Of a DNA stretch of 64,000 nucleotides, positions 38,595-48,922 are shown piece after piece. The first letter of the stretch is position 1. Each line of letters opens with the position of its first letter. A program made the translations under genes and the position numbers. Origin of the DNA: a virus (Duplodnaviria; Caudoviricetes). The notes beneath the pieces are model-generated. The model did not search any database and was not told where the DNA came from. It saw nothing but the letters and a program-made list of their open reading frames with translations. The DNA lies in IMG/VR virus record IMGVR_UViG_2551306257_000001, positions 5,988-69,987 of that record, one strand, 5' to 3'.

Positions 38595-40544
38595 CTACTG
38601 AATGCCACCATAACGTTGAATTTCTGGTGTCAATAATTGTTGGTTGAAGACTAAGTTCCCAACTCCTGCAATGTTCATAAAGAGCTGGCCCTTAGCTAAT
38701 CGAGGTAGTGTTTCCAACTCAGATTGGTTCATAGACCCTGCTAGAGCATTAGCAAGCAGAGGGATGCTCGTCTCATCTGTCTGTGCAAATACACGATACT
38801 GCATCAATCCAAAGATCCGCTGGACTGCTGTCACATAGGGATCCTTATGACTGCCGATTCCTGTTTCAAAAAGGATGCCTCGAAGAGAGTTTACAGATAA
38901 TACCACCCCTGCAAAGTTCTCTCCCATCGAATCAATCATATCCGCCAGCAATTCCACGCTGCTCTCATACTTGGGATTAATTAAGGTTTGAGCCTCGCTA
39001 ATGTTCACAATATAATGCTCCATATCCATTTCCATCAGACTTGGATTAGCCTTGATGAGCTGCTTACAGCGTTTACCATTATTGACAATATCAGCTGATA
39101 CCAAAGATAGAACTGAAAAGATCTGAGCGTTGAGCAAATGCGTTGTCCCCTTCAATCCTGAAAAGTCAAAGGTTACTACTTGCTCCGAAGAAATGTCCTG
39201 AAATTCTGTTGTACCTTCAAACATCTCAGCATTTGTTGTTAGCAGTTCATTGAAGGTCTTATGAATACGATTGACTGATTTAATTTCTATTTCATCAGGG
39301 TTACTTTGGCTCATCAAACTACGCTTATAGTCCTCTGCATACAAAATAAAATCAGATAGGATAGGATATTCTTCGTTTACCAAGTCCGTAGCCTTCAGTC
39401 TCTCTGGATTCAGCTTAGGATTACGGGCCCACAAGCCTTCTTCAATGTAAAATTCATTAAGCATATCGCCAAAAGTCGTCAGATCATCACCTGTTACTTC
39501 ACTATTAAGTAGCTTGAAAATGCTCTTGAGTTTTTGAATATGAAGATTATAGGATTTCTTCTTATCAACTTCTGTCCCTGCCTCGTTGGTAACTGTTGGA
39601 AACACCTGAAAAATGTTAATGCGGTTGGCTTCACCTGATAAATCAAGTATGATGCCATGTTGCTGCCTTGTTTGATCTAGGAACGTTCCATTGGCATCAA
39701 AATTACGAATATAGTTTCCTTTGGAATAGAGGCCGTCTGTATGCTTCAGAATGAAGGAGCGTTGTCCCATCTTCGGATTCCCTGAAATAATCATAAACGA
39801 GCGGGTCCGACGTTCATCCCGTTCTAGGAAATTGAAGTTTACAGCTCCCTTGGTCGGTGTCCATCCCATATAGACACCCCTTTGGTCTTCTAGCTTGGTA
39901 TGGTTAAAGAAGTATCCACCTGCCAAATCACGTGCTCTAATCGGAATACCTCTTCTATGATTAGGCAAATCTATTTGATATTGTGCTGGTATGAATGGTG
40001 CATGGTACTCAAAATCCAATTCACCTGAGAGAATTGTTGATTTGAAGTTAGAAGTCTTATCTTTAATGTCCTCTACTTTCTTAAAGAGACCTTCTTTAGT
40101 CGATGCTGAAGAATAATTCCGAACGTACATACCAAGCATTGCAATATTCTTCTTGGAGATCTCTCTATCCAATTGAGTCAAATCTTTAATTTCATCCATT
40201 TCTCGCTGGTTATCAACGATCTTGCTGTTGCCTGTAATACGAGTTGACTTTTCCTCGATGGCATCTTTTATGTCTTCCTTCAGTTCCTTATTATTTGCAC
40301 GGTAAAGCGATAGAAAAGAACGTGTTCCTGGAATCAGCATGAGGTCGGATAACCAAAAACGGTCCAAGTCTTCTGAGGGGTACTCATAAAAATGAAGCAC
40401 TGTATGGTAGCCATCTCCACTTACCCAGGAACGGTCATCCTTTTTGAAATCAATATTTCCTTGTGGTTGAATCCGACTGAGAAAGGCCAGGTCATATCCC
40501 TGGGCTTTTAACTGTCGCTGTCTACGCTTTGATAGTTCTGGCAT
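38595..40544 (-). CDS. VirB4-like conjugation ATPase (degenerate Walker motifs)
   Basis: 649 aa; ISGNPKMGQR at the Walker A position, INIFQVF, MFEGTT, VVTFD, LAKGQ. Confidence 0.8.
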   Translation of the reverse strand: MPELSKRRQRQLKAQGYDLAFLSRIQPQGNIDFKKDDRSWVSGDGYHTVLHFYEYPSEDLDRFWLSDLMLIPGTRSFLSLYRANNKELKEDIKDAIEEKSTRITGNSKIVDNQREMDEIKDLTQLDREISKKNIAMLGMYVRNYSSASTKEGLFKKVEDIKDKTSNFKSTILSGELDFEYHAPFIPAQYQIDLPNHRRGIPIRARDLAGGYFFNHTKLEDQRGVYMGWTPTKGAVNFNFLERDERRTRSFMIISGNPKMGQRSFILKHTDGLYSKGNYIRNFDANGTFLDQTRQQHGIILDLSGEANRINIFQVFPTVTNEAGTEVDKKKSYNLHIQKLKSIFKLLNSEVTGDDLTTFGDMLNEFYIEEGLWARNPKLNPERLKATDLVNEEYPILSDFILYAEDYKRSLMSQSNPDEIEIKSVNRIHKTFNELLTTNAEMFEGTTEFQDISSEQVVTFDFSGLKGTTHLLNAQIFSVLSLVSADIVNNGKRCKQLIKANPSLMEMDMEHYIVNISEAQTLINPKYESSVELLADMIDSMGENFAGVVLSVNSLRGILFETGIGSHKDPYVTAVQRIFGLMQYRVFAQTDETSIPLLANALAGSMNQSELETLPRLAKGQLFMNIAGVGNLVFNQQLLTPEIQRYGGIQ

Positions 40545-40559
40545 CTTATCCTTCCCTTC

Positions 40560-41207
40560 TTAAACCTTTTCATTCATGTTGTTATACTGCTTGATAATTT
40601 GTTCCTTCTTAACCCTAGTAATTTCACGTGGAACAAAATCGCCATTTCCATTCGTCTTGGCCTTACGGACCAGATCGTCTAGTTCTGTTGTAGTAGGTGC
40701 AAAGAGCCAGAGGATAAACTCTGTATTATAAATTTCTTGTTGAATGCTCTCTTCAACCTGAATTTCATTGATAAGCAATGTTTCACGATCCAGTAGTTGC
40801 AAATATCGACGAGAGTCAGGAAGTAGCTTCGCTTTTTCCTGCCGAACCTTGCTCAAATGGTGTCGAAGATCCATTATCTGAGTATCAGTGTTAGTTGGCA
40901 AAGTCGTGGTCTCGATCTGAATATCTGTGTTAAAGTTGGTTAGCCAGGTTTCAAAGTTATCAAGAGTACGTCTAATCTCGTTATAAGAGAGCGACCCCAA
41001 GTCTTTCCCTGGAATCTCCATCAGCTGAAGATAGCCATAATCAACCAATTGAATATAAGCTTGACGGTTATCAATGATTGATTTGACATCGAGCAGTTCC
41101 ACACAGGAATGAAGGTCAAAATACTCTTGACCGCCTTTCTTCGTATCCTGTTTTCGTCCCAACGGACGTTTTTCAATTGGCTGTGTTTGTGCCTGCTTAA
41201 TAGCCAT
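40560..41207 (-). CDS. Conjugation protein (TrsD-like)
   Basis: Position between the VirB3-like and VirB4-like genes. Confidence 0.55.
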   Translation of the reverse strand: MAIKQAQTQPIEKRPLGRKQDTKKGGQEYFDLHSCVELLDVKSIIDNRQAYIQLVDYGYLQLMEIPGKDLGSLSYNEIRRTLDNFETWLTNFNTDIQIETTTLPTNTDTQIMDLRHHLSKVRQEKAKLLPDSRRYLQLLDRETLLINEIQVEESIQQEIYNTEFILWLFAPTTTELDDLVRKAKTNGNGDFVPREITRVKKEQIIKQYNNMNEKV

Positions 41208-41512
41208 TAGTGAACCTCCCTTCTTTGATAATTAAGGCTAATATAACGTTTCCTTCGTCTTCTGAAAAAGAGAAGCATACTATGCCAATTTTTCTTTCCA
41301 CCATTTGTTGGTAGAACCAAGTAAAGGCACATCAGAGGTGTTAAGAGAATAAAAGCAAGCAACTGTGGCCACTGGCTAGTTGGAAATATCTTCGTCCCAA
41401 CAGATACCGCAGCAACCGCTGAACCTCCTACAAAGACTATATCAGCCATAAAGAGCCCTATAATTTTTACTTTGGCATAGATGTCACGTGGAACACCGTA
41501 TTTTTCATCCAT
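41207..41512 (-). CDS. Two-TM conjugation protein (VirB3/PrgI-like)
   Basis: YGVPRDIYAKVKI, two TM helices, basic tail. Confidence 0.65.
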   Translation of the reverse strand: MDEKYGVPRDIYAKVKIIGLFMADIVFVGGSAVAAVSVGTKIFPTSQWPQLLAFILLTPLMCLYLVLPTNGGKKNWHSMLLFFRRRRKRYISLNYQRREVH

Positions 41513-41540
41513 ATATCTAATTCCTTTCTCTTAATACTTC

Positions 41541-41582
41541 CATCATAAGAGATAATGACATTTCCTGCGTTAAGAGGACAAA
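41541..41582 (-). promoter_or_regulatory. 42-bp ICE promoter motif, copy 1
   Basis: TTTGTCCTCTTAACGCAGGAAATGTCATTATCTCTTATGATG. Confidence 0.85.
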
Positions 41583-41649
41583 CTGCCTAGCTGACAATCA
41601 CGATATTTGTTATATAAAAAGTTATATATCTTTATGCATAAAAAGAGCC

Positions 41650-41967
41650 TCAAAGCTGAGACTCTTTAACCATATTGAAAAATTCTTCTTCTGACAAAAT
41701 GATGATTGACTGCCCTTCTGCTATTCTAGACATAGCAGCCTCATATTTCTTGGAACGTTTATCAGGATCAAAGAGATTTAATTGCTTATGACCAGCAATA
41801 AGAATATCTGTTTGAGCCGAAATGTAATTCTGAACAACCGCCCCTCTACGCTCTAGAAAGGCAATTACGTCTTGCCTGGTCATTGGGCGTAAACTCCCTG
41901 TGATCACAATAACCTTACCCGCAACATCAAACATTGATTTACTCCTCATTTTCATCAATCTCTGCAC
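41650..41967 (-). CDS. Stand-alone BRCT-domain protein
   Basis: GKVIVITGSL..TRQDVIAFLERRGA..ISAQTDILIAG..SKKYEAA..ILSEEEF (ligase-type BRCT). Confidence 0.85.
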   Translation of the reverse strand: MQRLMKMRSKSMFDVAGKVIVITGSLRPMTRQDVIAFLERRGAVVQNYISAQTDILIAGHKQLNLFDPDKRSKKYEAAMSRIAEGQSIIILSEEEFFNMVKESQL

Positions 41968-44236
41968 CGCTGATATGCGATTGACCTTGCATGTATTGAC
42001 CTGCTTGCTGCATTTGGTGCTTCATGTAGTTCATTTGCTGCATCGATTGATCGAGACTACGTCTAGGAGGGGTTGAACCGCCAGTTGGTCGAGAGTTGTT
42101 GTGGGGATTATTTAGAAGTGGGCTATTTTCAATTGGATGAGTGCTTTTTTCAGATGAAGAAGCTGGGTCTTTAATTCCACCAGAGGAGTTACCAGATATT
42201 CCTGAGGGAGTTCCAGTTGGGTCACTGATGCCTCCAAAAGCTTCACCAGTTGGCTCTGTAGGCGGTGCCGTTGGATCTATAATACCTCCACCACTTGGAC
42301 CACTGTCGATGTTGTCAGATACTTCTGCTGACTGTATGTTTGGATCAGTAATACCTCCGTCATTCGGACTACTATCGCCATTGTCAACCGCCTGGGATTC
42401 ATAAGGAGCTTCAGGAGATAGTCCTTCACCACCGTACTGACCTGAAGGATTTAAAGTATACTCCCCATTATCATTAAAACCTGGTCGTGGCGGAACCGCA
42501 TCATTCTTCAAACCTTTGTAGACAGCATCATGAGCAGCTTGTTCTTTTTTACCTAAATTGTCCGCTATAGCACCTGTAAAGTCTTTCGCCTTACCTACTG
42601 CTTCTTTGCCCATCACATCAGCCAGGTCTACCATGTTGCTGACACCACCTTTAGCTGCATTCCAGGCTCCTTGATCCCTAGCAGCGTTGATAGCTCCTCG
42701 AATACCGCCACCTGTCGTTGCTAGACTGTTTCCAATGACTTTGCTCCCTGCTGCAAATGCGCCTGGGGCTTTCTTAGCCATATCAAGACCAAAACCACCC
42801 AATGCCATAGCACCGTTACCTACTGCACCCGCTCCAGTCGCAAAAGCGTTCCCCATCATCATCGCACCTAGCAATTGCTGTGCAGTGTCACTGTGGCCAG
42901 TAGAAACACCCAACCAACGTTCGATCATTGTCACTCCCTGCATGGCTGCCAGGAAAACGCCAATATATACCAAGGAGGCCGCTAGACACTGTTCCCACAT
43001 GTTCAGTCCATCAAAGAAACCGCCTGAAAGTTTTGTTACTGCCGAAACCGACAAAGTTGGCAAATCTCGGAAGATTTCAAGGGTTACACGCATAATCACA
43101 ACTTCAAAGAAGATACCTGCCAGTGCGCCTCCCATTGTACGTAAAAGCTCTTTATACTTCTTAGAGTTGGACAAGGAAGAGTATCCTTGGATTGGTGAAA
43201 TCATGGCTTCCACCACAATATCGAAGACCGACTTAACAAACTTGATTGACATAGAAATCAACAAAACAATCAGGATAATGTACTGCATGAACATCCCTAT
43301 CCAGTTGACCTTGTACCGCATATAGACTGGCTCAAAGGCATTTAACTGACCGACAACACGGTGTTGTGTGATAGTCTCAACACCGTCCTGATTGGCATTT
43401 AATTTATGCAAGAACAATCCCTTTATTCCTGGAAGCTTCTTTTCCAGCACCTCTAACAATCCAGAGCTAGTAGCTCCATAGGTTGCCCCAAAATCAATTC
43501 GTGTTGCAAAGTCGCTAGTATCTCGCTTATCAAGACTATCCGTAATATTATTGACGGGTGTTGAACCTTCTTTTGGTGGCTTAATGTAGCCATAATCATC
43601 TAGAGGAAAAAGCTCCGTTGAAAAGTCATTGTCAATCAGTACCTTGAGATCTACGATATTGTTCTTCATAGGCTGGATCGCCAAGGATGAATAATGCTTG
43701 CTTCCGTCCGGTGCATCGCTAGAAATCGTCTGGATATTCATCGCATCTTGGGCCATGACAGACGATATAGTCGTCAAGGCTAAAGGAAGAACTGCTGTCA
43801 CCATTGTAACTAAGAGGAAATTAGTAATCACCCCTTTATACTTGACTGGCTTTGTAAAGACTCCAGTGATAGCCGAAACAACAAGAATTAGGCTAAAGAG
43901 GCTGGTTCCGACAATTTGGAACCAAAAATAGAACTGACCTATAACCGTGTTGCTATCACCTAAGTAGCCAAATAAACCAAAGAGCTTGAACATATTGTTA
44001 AAGACATGTTCAAGGCTGGCTGTAATAGAATACAAGGCTTTGGCAATTCCACCTGGAATATAAGCTAAGAAAGATAGAAAAGCTGGAGTAGAATCCAGAT
44101 AGTTACTCCAATATTTATAAAAGGAGGCCATCTTTTCCGCATTTTCTCCTGTGATATTTCCATTTGTCGCACCATTAATATCCAAGAATCCTGTTTCTAA
44201 TGAATTGACCAGATCAGAGTAAGTATCATAAGTCAC
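41939..44236 (-). CDS. VirB6-like polytopic T4SS channel protein with a low-complexity tail
   Basis: Multiple TM helices, IERWLGV motif, G/S/P-rich C-terminus. Confidence 0.8.
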   Translation of the reverse strand: MTYDTYSDLVNSLETGFLDINGATNGNITGENAEKMASFYKYWSNYLDSTPAFLSFLAYIPGGIAKALYSITASLEHVFNNMFKLFGLFGYLGDSNTVIGQFYFWFQIVGTSLFSLILVVSAITGVFTKPVKYKGVITNFLLVTMVTAVLPLALTTISSVMAQDAMNIQTISSDAPDGSKHYSSLAIQPMKNNIVDLKVLIDNDFSTELFPLDDYGYIKPPKEGSTPVNNITDSLDKRDTSDFATRIDFGATYGATSSGLLEVLEKKLPGIKGLFLHKLNANQDGVETITQHRVVGQLNAFEPVYMRYKVNWIGMFMQYIILIVLLISMSIKFVKSVFDIVVEAMISPIQGYSSLSNSKKYKELLRTMGGALAGIFFEVVIMRVTLEIFRDLPTLSVSAVTKLSGGFFDGLNMWEQCLAASLVYIGVFLAAMQGVTMIERWLGVSTGHSDTAQQLLGAMMMGNAFATGAGAVGNGAMALGGFGLDMAKKAPGAFAAGSKVIGNSLATTGGGIRGAINAARDQGAWNAAKGGVSNMVDLADVMGKEAVGKAKDFTGAIADNLGKKEQAAHDAVYKGLKNDAVPPRPGFNDNGEYTLNPSGQYGGEGLSPEAPYESQAVDNGDSSPNDGGITDPNIQSAEVSDNIDSGPSGGGIIDPTAPPTEPTGEAFGGISDPTGTPSGISGNSSGGIKDPASSSEKSTHPIENSPLLNNPHNNSRPTGGSTPPRRSLDQSMQQMNYMKHQMQQAGQYMQGQSHISGAEIDENEE

Positions 44237-44268
44237 ATAAGGTACCTGCTTTCTCTATATGATACCCT

Positions 44269-44310
44269 CATCATAAGGGATAAATAAAATTCCTGCGTTA
44301 AGAGGACAAA
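44269..44310 (-). promoter_or_regulatory. 42-bp ICE promoter motif, copy 2
   Basis: TTTGTCCTCTTAACGCAGGAATTTTATTTATCCCTTATGATG. Confidence 0.85.
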
Positions 44311-44350
44311 TCATAGGAAAGAAAAAAAGCCTCAAATTGAGACTTTTCCT

Positions 44351-44833
44351 TTACTCAGCTTCACCTGTAAAGTCAAAATAACCATCAGAGGTATATCCAG
44401 TTTCAAACTCGAATATACGAATTGATTGTCCTTCCTCTGATAAAACAACACAGTAGAGCTGGTCGCCTAATTTCCCCCAGATATCATCTTCATGATATCC
44501 AACGTTAATAACGAAATAGTGTTCTCCCTTTAATTCTGACTCATGAGAAGCCAATATTCCTTTCATAGAGCTAGATAGTTTATCTTCAGGAACGACTTCA
44601 TAATAAACTTCTTCATCCCCTGACTTCAGTTTATGATTTTTCTTATCAAAAACGATTTCCTGTCCACCCCCAGTGAAGATTAAGCTATCATACCCTGGAA
44701 AACTTGAATAACCAACGTAGCTATCCTTTAATTCAGTTTTGACAATGTCCTCAGAGGTTTTTTGACCACAGGCTGCCAGAACAACCAGAGCGATACCAAG
44801 TACAAATAGACTTAGATAACGTTTCAACTTCAT
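44351..44833 (-). CDS. Lipoprotein (candidate entry-exclusion factor)
   Basis: Lipobox LAAC; own sigma-A promoter TTGAGC-17-TATAAT (44892-44864) and terminator. Confidence 0.75.
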   Translation of the reverse strand: MKLKRYLSLFVLGIALVVLAACGQKTSEDIVKTELKDSYVGYSSFPGYDSLIFTGGGQEIVFDKKNHKLKSGDEEVYYEVVPEDKLSSSMKGILASHESELKGEHYFVINVGYHEDDIWGKLGDQLYCVVLSEEGQSIRIFEFETGYTSDGYFDFTGEAE

Positions 44834-44919
44834 AGTGAACTCTCCTTGATATTTCTTGGCTTCATTATAACAGAAATATTATGTTCGCTCAATGGTTATA
44901 TAACTTTTTATTTACCTTG

Positions 44920-47900
44920 TTATATAACATCATCTACAAAGAAAATGTCATCTTCGTCCTCATCATCGAAAACTTCAGCAATTACAGCTTGAGTCAATTC
45001 AACTGGAGAGGTGAAACGGGCCTGACTCAATGGTTTATTCTCCTGCCTTCTCGTAGCCAATTTAGGTGTTTCTCCATTGGTCCTCATACGGTCCGTCAGA
45101 GCTATCCGCCAATCAATAATCTTACCAAAGGTACTTTGGGCCCCTACTGCAATATCCTGCAAGTCAAGCTCTCTATGGCCACTTTCTACAGGAATATCAG
45201 CCAAGGTCATCGAATGATCAAACTCTTCTTGAAGGAACATATAGCGATACGGTAGACTGGTTTTCTCGTGTAGGAAAATTGGGTCCGTTGTTATCTTGCG
45301 ACCTACATTGTCACGGCCCTTAACTCCACGTAAGATAACCGCTTCTCCTTCTTGTAGCTTGGCTAACTGTGTAGGCGTTAGAAGTTCCTGTTTTGGATTT
45401 TCAATGGCTACATTTGGATTAGCCTCATCTAGGATATTGCTTGACCGTCTCCGACGTGTGATGGTCCGAGTACCGAGGTCCTTACTAATGGAAGTGTTCG
45501 TAGTATTAGACGTTGATTTGATATAAACTGTGAGCGAACAGTTCTCCTTAATGGTTTCAGCAGTATTCTCACCGTACTTGTCAGTTAGCTGCTTGAGGTT
45601 CTGAATCCAGAGATAGTATAAGATATTTTGACCAAGACCGATTGAAATCTTGGTGTCCATATGAGGAATGGCTGGAATATTGGTGAACTCATCTAGAATA
45701 TGGAGGATGCGATTAACACATTTACGACCATTCGACAGGGCCAGCTCATAATTGGCATTAAACAGCTGATCCAGGAACAGAGATACAATACTGTTGTATT
45801 CTGTTCGGTTTGGCGGTGTGACCAGGTAAATCACTTTTGGATTATCTGAATACACAAACTCAATATCCTCTTCCTGGAGAAGACTGTCTGCTTGCTTATC
45901 TAGGATGGAGACTTTGATATAATCCAATATTGGTTTCTTCGTATACTCGTCCAGAGCAACTACCTTACCAAGTTTCTTATAAACTTTTTCAGCTGAAAAT
46001 TGGAAGGTGCTATCACGAATAATAGAGTCACCATTGTTCTCATGATCAAAATCGATCGTTACTACAAACTTATCAGGAAGTTTTGGCTCAATCACATAGG
46101 TTAGATAGCCCTCTCCATCGATAAGAGCCGTAGCTGCGTTTACGTGAACAACTTGTCTAGTTGATTTGCCCCAAGCTGTTTGACTGATAATCGTAACCTT
46201 GGCCGTCTTGTGGGCGTATTCGTTACGCATAGCGACATTAGAGCTTGATCGGAACTTAATCGACAGGCGACGTGGGAAACCAACCGATTCCAAGTCAATA
46301 GAATTTTTAGACGTGAGCTTGGCAATATTGTCTTGTAAGAAGAGGTTGATTCCAGACATCATACTGGAGAAGACGTTCCCCTTGGTCTCTTCAGAGGCAA
46401 AATCTGAGGACCTGAAGTTCAAGTCTGCCATATCTCTAAACTTAGAAAACTGTTCCTGGTTAATCTTACGTAAGTTATCAAAGTAAACTGTTATTTTTGA
46501 TTTCTTCTTAACTGGCTGATCACGGTCTGGATTCTCAACGATTTCTCCAAAGTCATTAACAAATACTTCTTCTGAACCCAAATCAGTTAGAAACTTGGCA
46601 ATGTTACGAACAGTGACCGTGTCCCAAGCATCCGTTTCTCCATTCTTAAAGGTTTCATTAGCACGATCAATTAAAGCCATAGCAATCGCATTGAAGAGGG
46701 AAATAGATGTATCTTCCCAGTATTTTGCGTTACCATTGCCAACACCTGGTTTTGTTTTACGATAGATTGCTTCAGCGACTGCATTTACCCTTGTCTGAGT
46801 CATTTCATAGTAGCCCTTCTTTGCAGCTGCAATTGCTAGAGCTAGAGGGTTATAAGACATTGACCAGTCCATATTCTGGAAAGATAGGACATTGACATCA
46901 TAACCACGTCGACGCATGGTTTTGTAAGAGGATTGATAATGCTCACCTTTCGGATCAGCCAAGACCATAGACGGCTGTATCTCAGCCCGACTATTAATAT
47001 CAATTGTTGTCGTGATATGCCCCTCACCTTTACCTGAACGAGTCATACCAATACCCAGCATGTTTGTTGTGCTGTCTTCTATATAGTAGTCCCCTGAAGG
47101 TTTGGAATAGATCCCTAGTATTCTTTCTGCGTTCGTCAGATAACGGCTAAACGTACGATTTTGCCAGAGCATTTGAGAACCTAGAGTTAGTCCTGATAGG
47201 CTCTTCCTTGTTTCGTGGAGAACAGGAACCCCTCCTTCACCTGGATAGATTTCTGTCTTGTTTGGGACCTTCTTATATTGTTGGTGGATTTCCTTGACTG
47301 TCGCAAAGCGATCATCACCTTCTTCATTGTGGTTATAGTCTCGATACTGCTCAAAGTTTACCCAAGCTGATCGCCAAGCTATCACCAAACTAACCAGAAA
47401 GATAGGCACTGCCAGAATTGGAGCAATCACAAATACCCTAGCATTGAATAGGTTTTGAATTAACAAGCTATCGATGTCAAAGCTATCTACTAGGCTACTA
47501 TCTCGCAAACTCATGACCGAGAAATAAAGAAAACGAATTGCTGCCCTTAATACAGTCACAAAATAGTTTGTGATAATAAAGGCTATGAAGCTAAACCCTA
47601 TCCCCATAAGCACAAAGCTACGAACATTTTTGAAATATAGCAGAGGCTTCATTTCTTTGTCGAAACGCTTCCTGTCTGGTTGAACAAAGGGCAGTTTGTA
47701 GATGAGCCGAAAAAGAATATTCCCCAGGAGCAGGAACAAGAATGAGGGAACAATTGTTGCACATCGTTTAAAATATCGCCAGGTTTTCTTCCCTATTTCT
47801 TTTCCAGCTGAGCCCCAGTCAACCTCACGTCGATGTCTCCAGGGATGTAGTAGCGCTTCCTTTTTGTCCATGAAGTATTGTTTTATGATATCTTTATCAT

Positions 47901-48078
47901 CTATAAAGCCTTTCATCACCTGAAGAAAGTCATGCAATGGCTTCCTGATAGTCCTAACCCCCTGGTAACAAAGATAGCTGACAAAACTGACTATGAGTAT
48001 TGCATTAAAGGGATTAATCTTTGCAAGCTGGACCAGAGTGTAATAAATCGCTTCTAGCCAACTAAACACGTTGCTCAC
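44920..48078 (-). CDS. VirD4-like type IV coupling protein
   Basis: N-terminal TMs, GMTRSGKG, ADPKGE, YNPL, ILDEFTN, IQNLKQL..YG. Confidence 0.93.
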   Translation of the reverse strand: MSNVFSWLEAIYYTLVQLAKINPFNAILIVSFVSYLCYQGVRTIRKPLHDFLQVMKGFIDDKDIIKQYFMDKKEALLHPWRHRREVDWGSAGKEIGKKTWRYFKRCATIVPSFLFLLLGNILFRLIYKLPFVQPDRKRFDKEMKPLLYFKNVRSFVLMGIGFSFIAFIITNYFVTVLRAAIRFLYFSVMSLRDSSLVDSFDIDSLLIQNLFNARVFVIAPILAVPIFLVSLVIAWRSAWVNFEQYRDYNHNEEGDDRFATVKEIHQQYKKVPNKTEIYPGEGGVPVLHETRKSLSGLTLGSQMLWQNRTFSRYLTNAERILGIYSKPSGDYYIEDSTTNMLGIGMTRSGKGEGHITTTIDINSRAEIQPSMVLADPKGEHYQSSYKTMRRRGYDVNVLSFQNMDWSMSYNPLALAIAAAKKGYYEMTQTRVNAVAEAIYRKTKPGVGNGNAKYWEDTSISLFNAIAMALIDRANETFKNGETDAWDTVTVRNIAKFLTDLGSEEVFVNDFGEIVENPDRDQPVKKKSKITVYFDNLRKINQEQFSKFRDMADLNFRSSDFASEETKGNVFSSMMSGINLFLQDNIAKLTSKNSIDLESVGFPRRLSIKFRSSSNVAMRNEYAHKTAKVTIISQTAWGKSTRQVVHVNAATALIDGEGYLTYVIEPKLPDKFVVTIDFDHENNGDSIIRDSTFQFSAEKVYKKLGKVVALDEYTKKPILDYIKVSILDKQADSLLQEEDIEFVYSDNPKVIYLVTPPNRTEYNSIVSLFLDQLFNANYELALSNGRKCVNRILHILDEFTNIPAIPHMDTKISIGLGQNILYYLWIQNLKQLTDKYGENTAETIKENCSLTVYIKSTSNTTNTSISKDLGTRTITRRRRSSNILDEANPNVAIENPKQELLTPTQLAKLQEGEAVILRGVKGRDNVGRKITTDPIFLHEKTSLPYRYMFLQEEFDHSMTLADIPVESGHRELDLQDIAVGAQSTFGKIIDWRIALTDRMRTNGETPKLATRRQENKPLSQARFTSPVELTQAVIAEVFDDEDEDDIFFVDDVI

Positions 48079-48319
48079 CTCGCATATCTTCTAAAAAGCG
48101 TTTGATTTTCTCACCATAAAGCGTAGAGAAAAGGAAAATTTTGAATTTCTGCTGAGAGGAAGCTAGCTGGTAACGCTCCAGATAGGAGCTAACACCTGCT
48201 TCGATGCCCAATTGAACAGTATATAGATGGCATGTTCTACCTTGCTTCAGGAAATTTTCTATTTGAAGTGAATCAGCCATCAGATCATCTGATTGATATT
48301 CTACTTGTTGCTTCATCAT
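48062..48319 (-). CDS. Hypothetical protein preceding virD4
   Basis: Start behind AAAGGA, downstream of motif copy 3. Confidence 0.6.
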   Translation of the reverse strand: MMKQQVEYQSDDLMADSLQIENFLKQGRTCHLYTVQLGIEAGVSSYLERYQLASSQQKFKIFLFSTLYGEKIKRFLEDMRGEQRV

Positions 48320-48354
48320 AAGCAACCATCCTTTCTTATATTTTTGCACACTCT

Positions 48355-48396
48355 TAGTCTAAGGGATATTAGCCTTTTCTGCGTTAAGGGGACAAG
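48355..48396 (-). promoter_or_regulatory. 42-bp ICE promoter motif, copy 3
   Basis: CTTGTCCCCTTAACGCAGAAAAGGCTAATATCCCTTAGACTA. Confidence 0.8.
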
Positions 48397-48485
48397 TAGA
48401 AACTATATATAAACAGCGGTTTCAGGACCCTGATTAAAACAAAAATAGCACGTGAGTGGTTTATCTCACATGCTACTTTGTTAGT

Positions 48486-48908
48486 TTAGAAGGGTTCTCC
48501 TGAATCAAATGGTTCTGGATAGTCAGTAGGCGGTGGCGGTGGAACCTGCATTCCCTGTCTACGTCTGTTGGCTACATCCTTAGTCTCCAGAAAAGTGATC
48601 CCTCGATTCTGGTCTGGGGAAATATATTGATAGTATCGACGTTGGCCTTGACTATCTTGATAAGGCCGTTGGATAATTTCTCCCTTTACCAGGATAGGAG
48701 AACCTTTTACAAGACTTTGAGCCATCACTTCAGCTTGTTTGCCATATATCTGAACATGAAAATAACTTGGTATTGGTTTTCCTTGTTCATCTTGTAGACT
48801 TGAATCACAAACAAACTCGAATTTGAAGCTGGCATTTCCTTTAGAAGTTCTGCCGACAGCATCATCTGGAATGCTCGCTACTCTTCCGTCAGCAATAAAA
48901 GTTTGCAT
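48486..48908 (-). CDS. ssb: Single-stranded DNA-binding protein
   Basis: OB-fold YGKQAE..KGSPILVKGEI..Y.D..GQRRY; acidic tail ending in PF. Confidence 0.88.
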   Translation of the reverse strand: MQTFIADGRVASIPDDAVGRTSKGNASFKFEFVCDSSLQDEQGKPIPSYFHVQIYGKQAEVMAQSLVKGSPILVKGEIIQRPYQDSQGQRRYYQYISPDQNRGITFLETKDVANRRRQGMQVPPPPPTDYPEPFDSGEPF

Positions 48909-48922
48909 CTCTTCTCCTCCTC

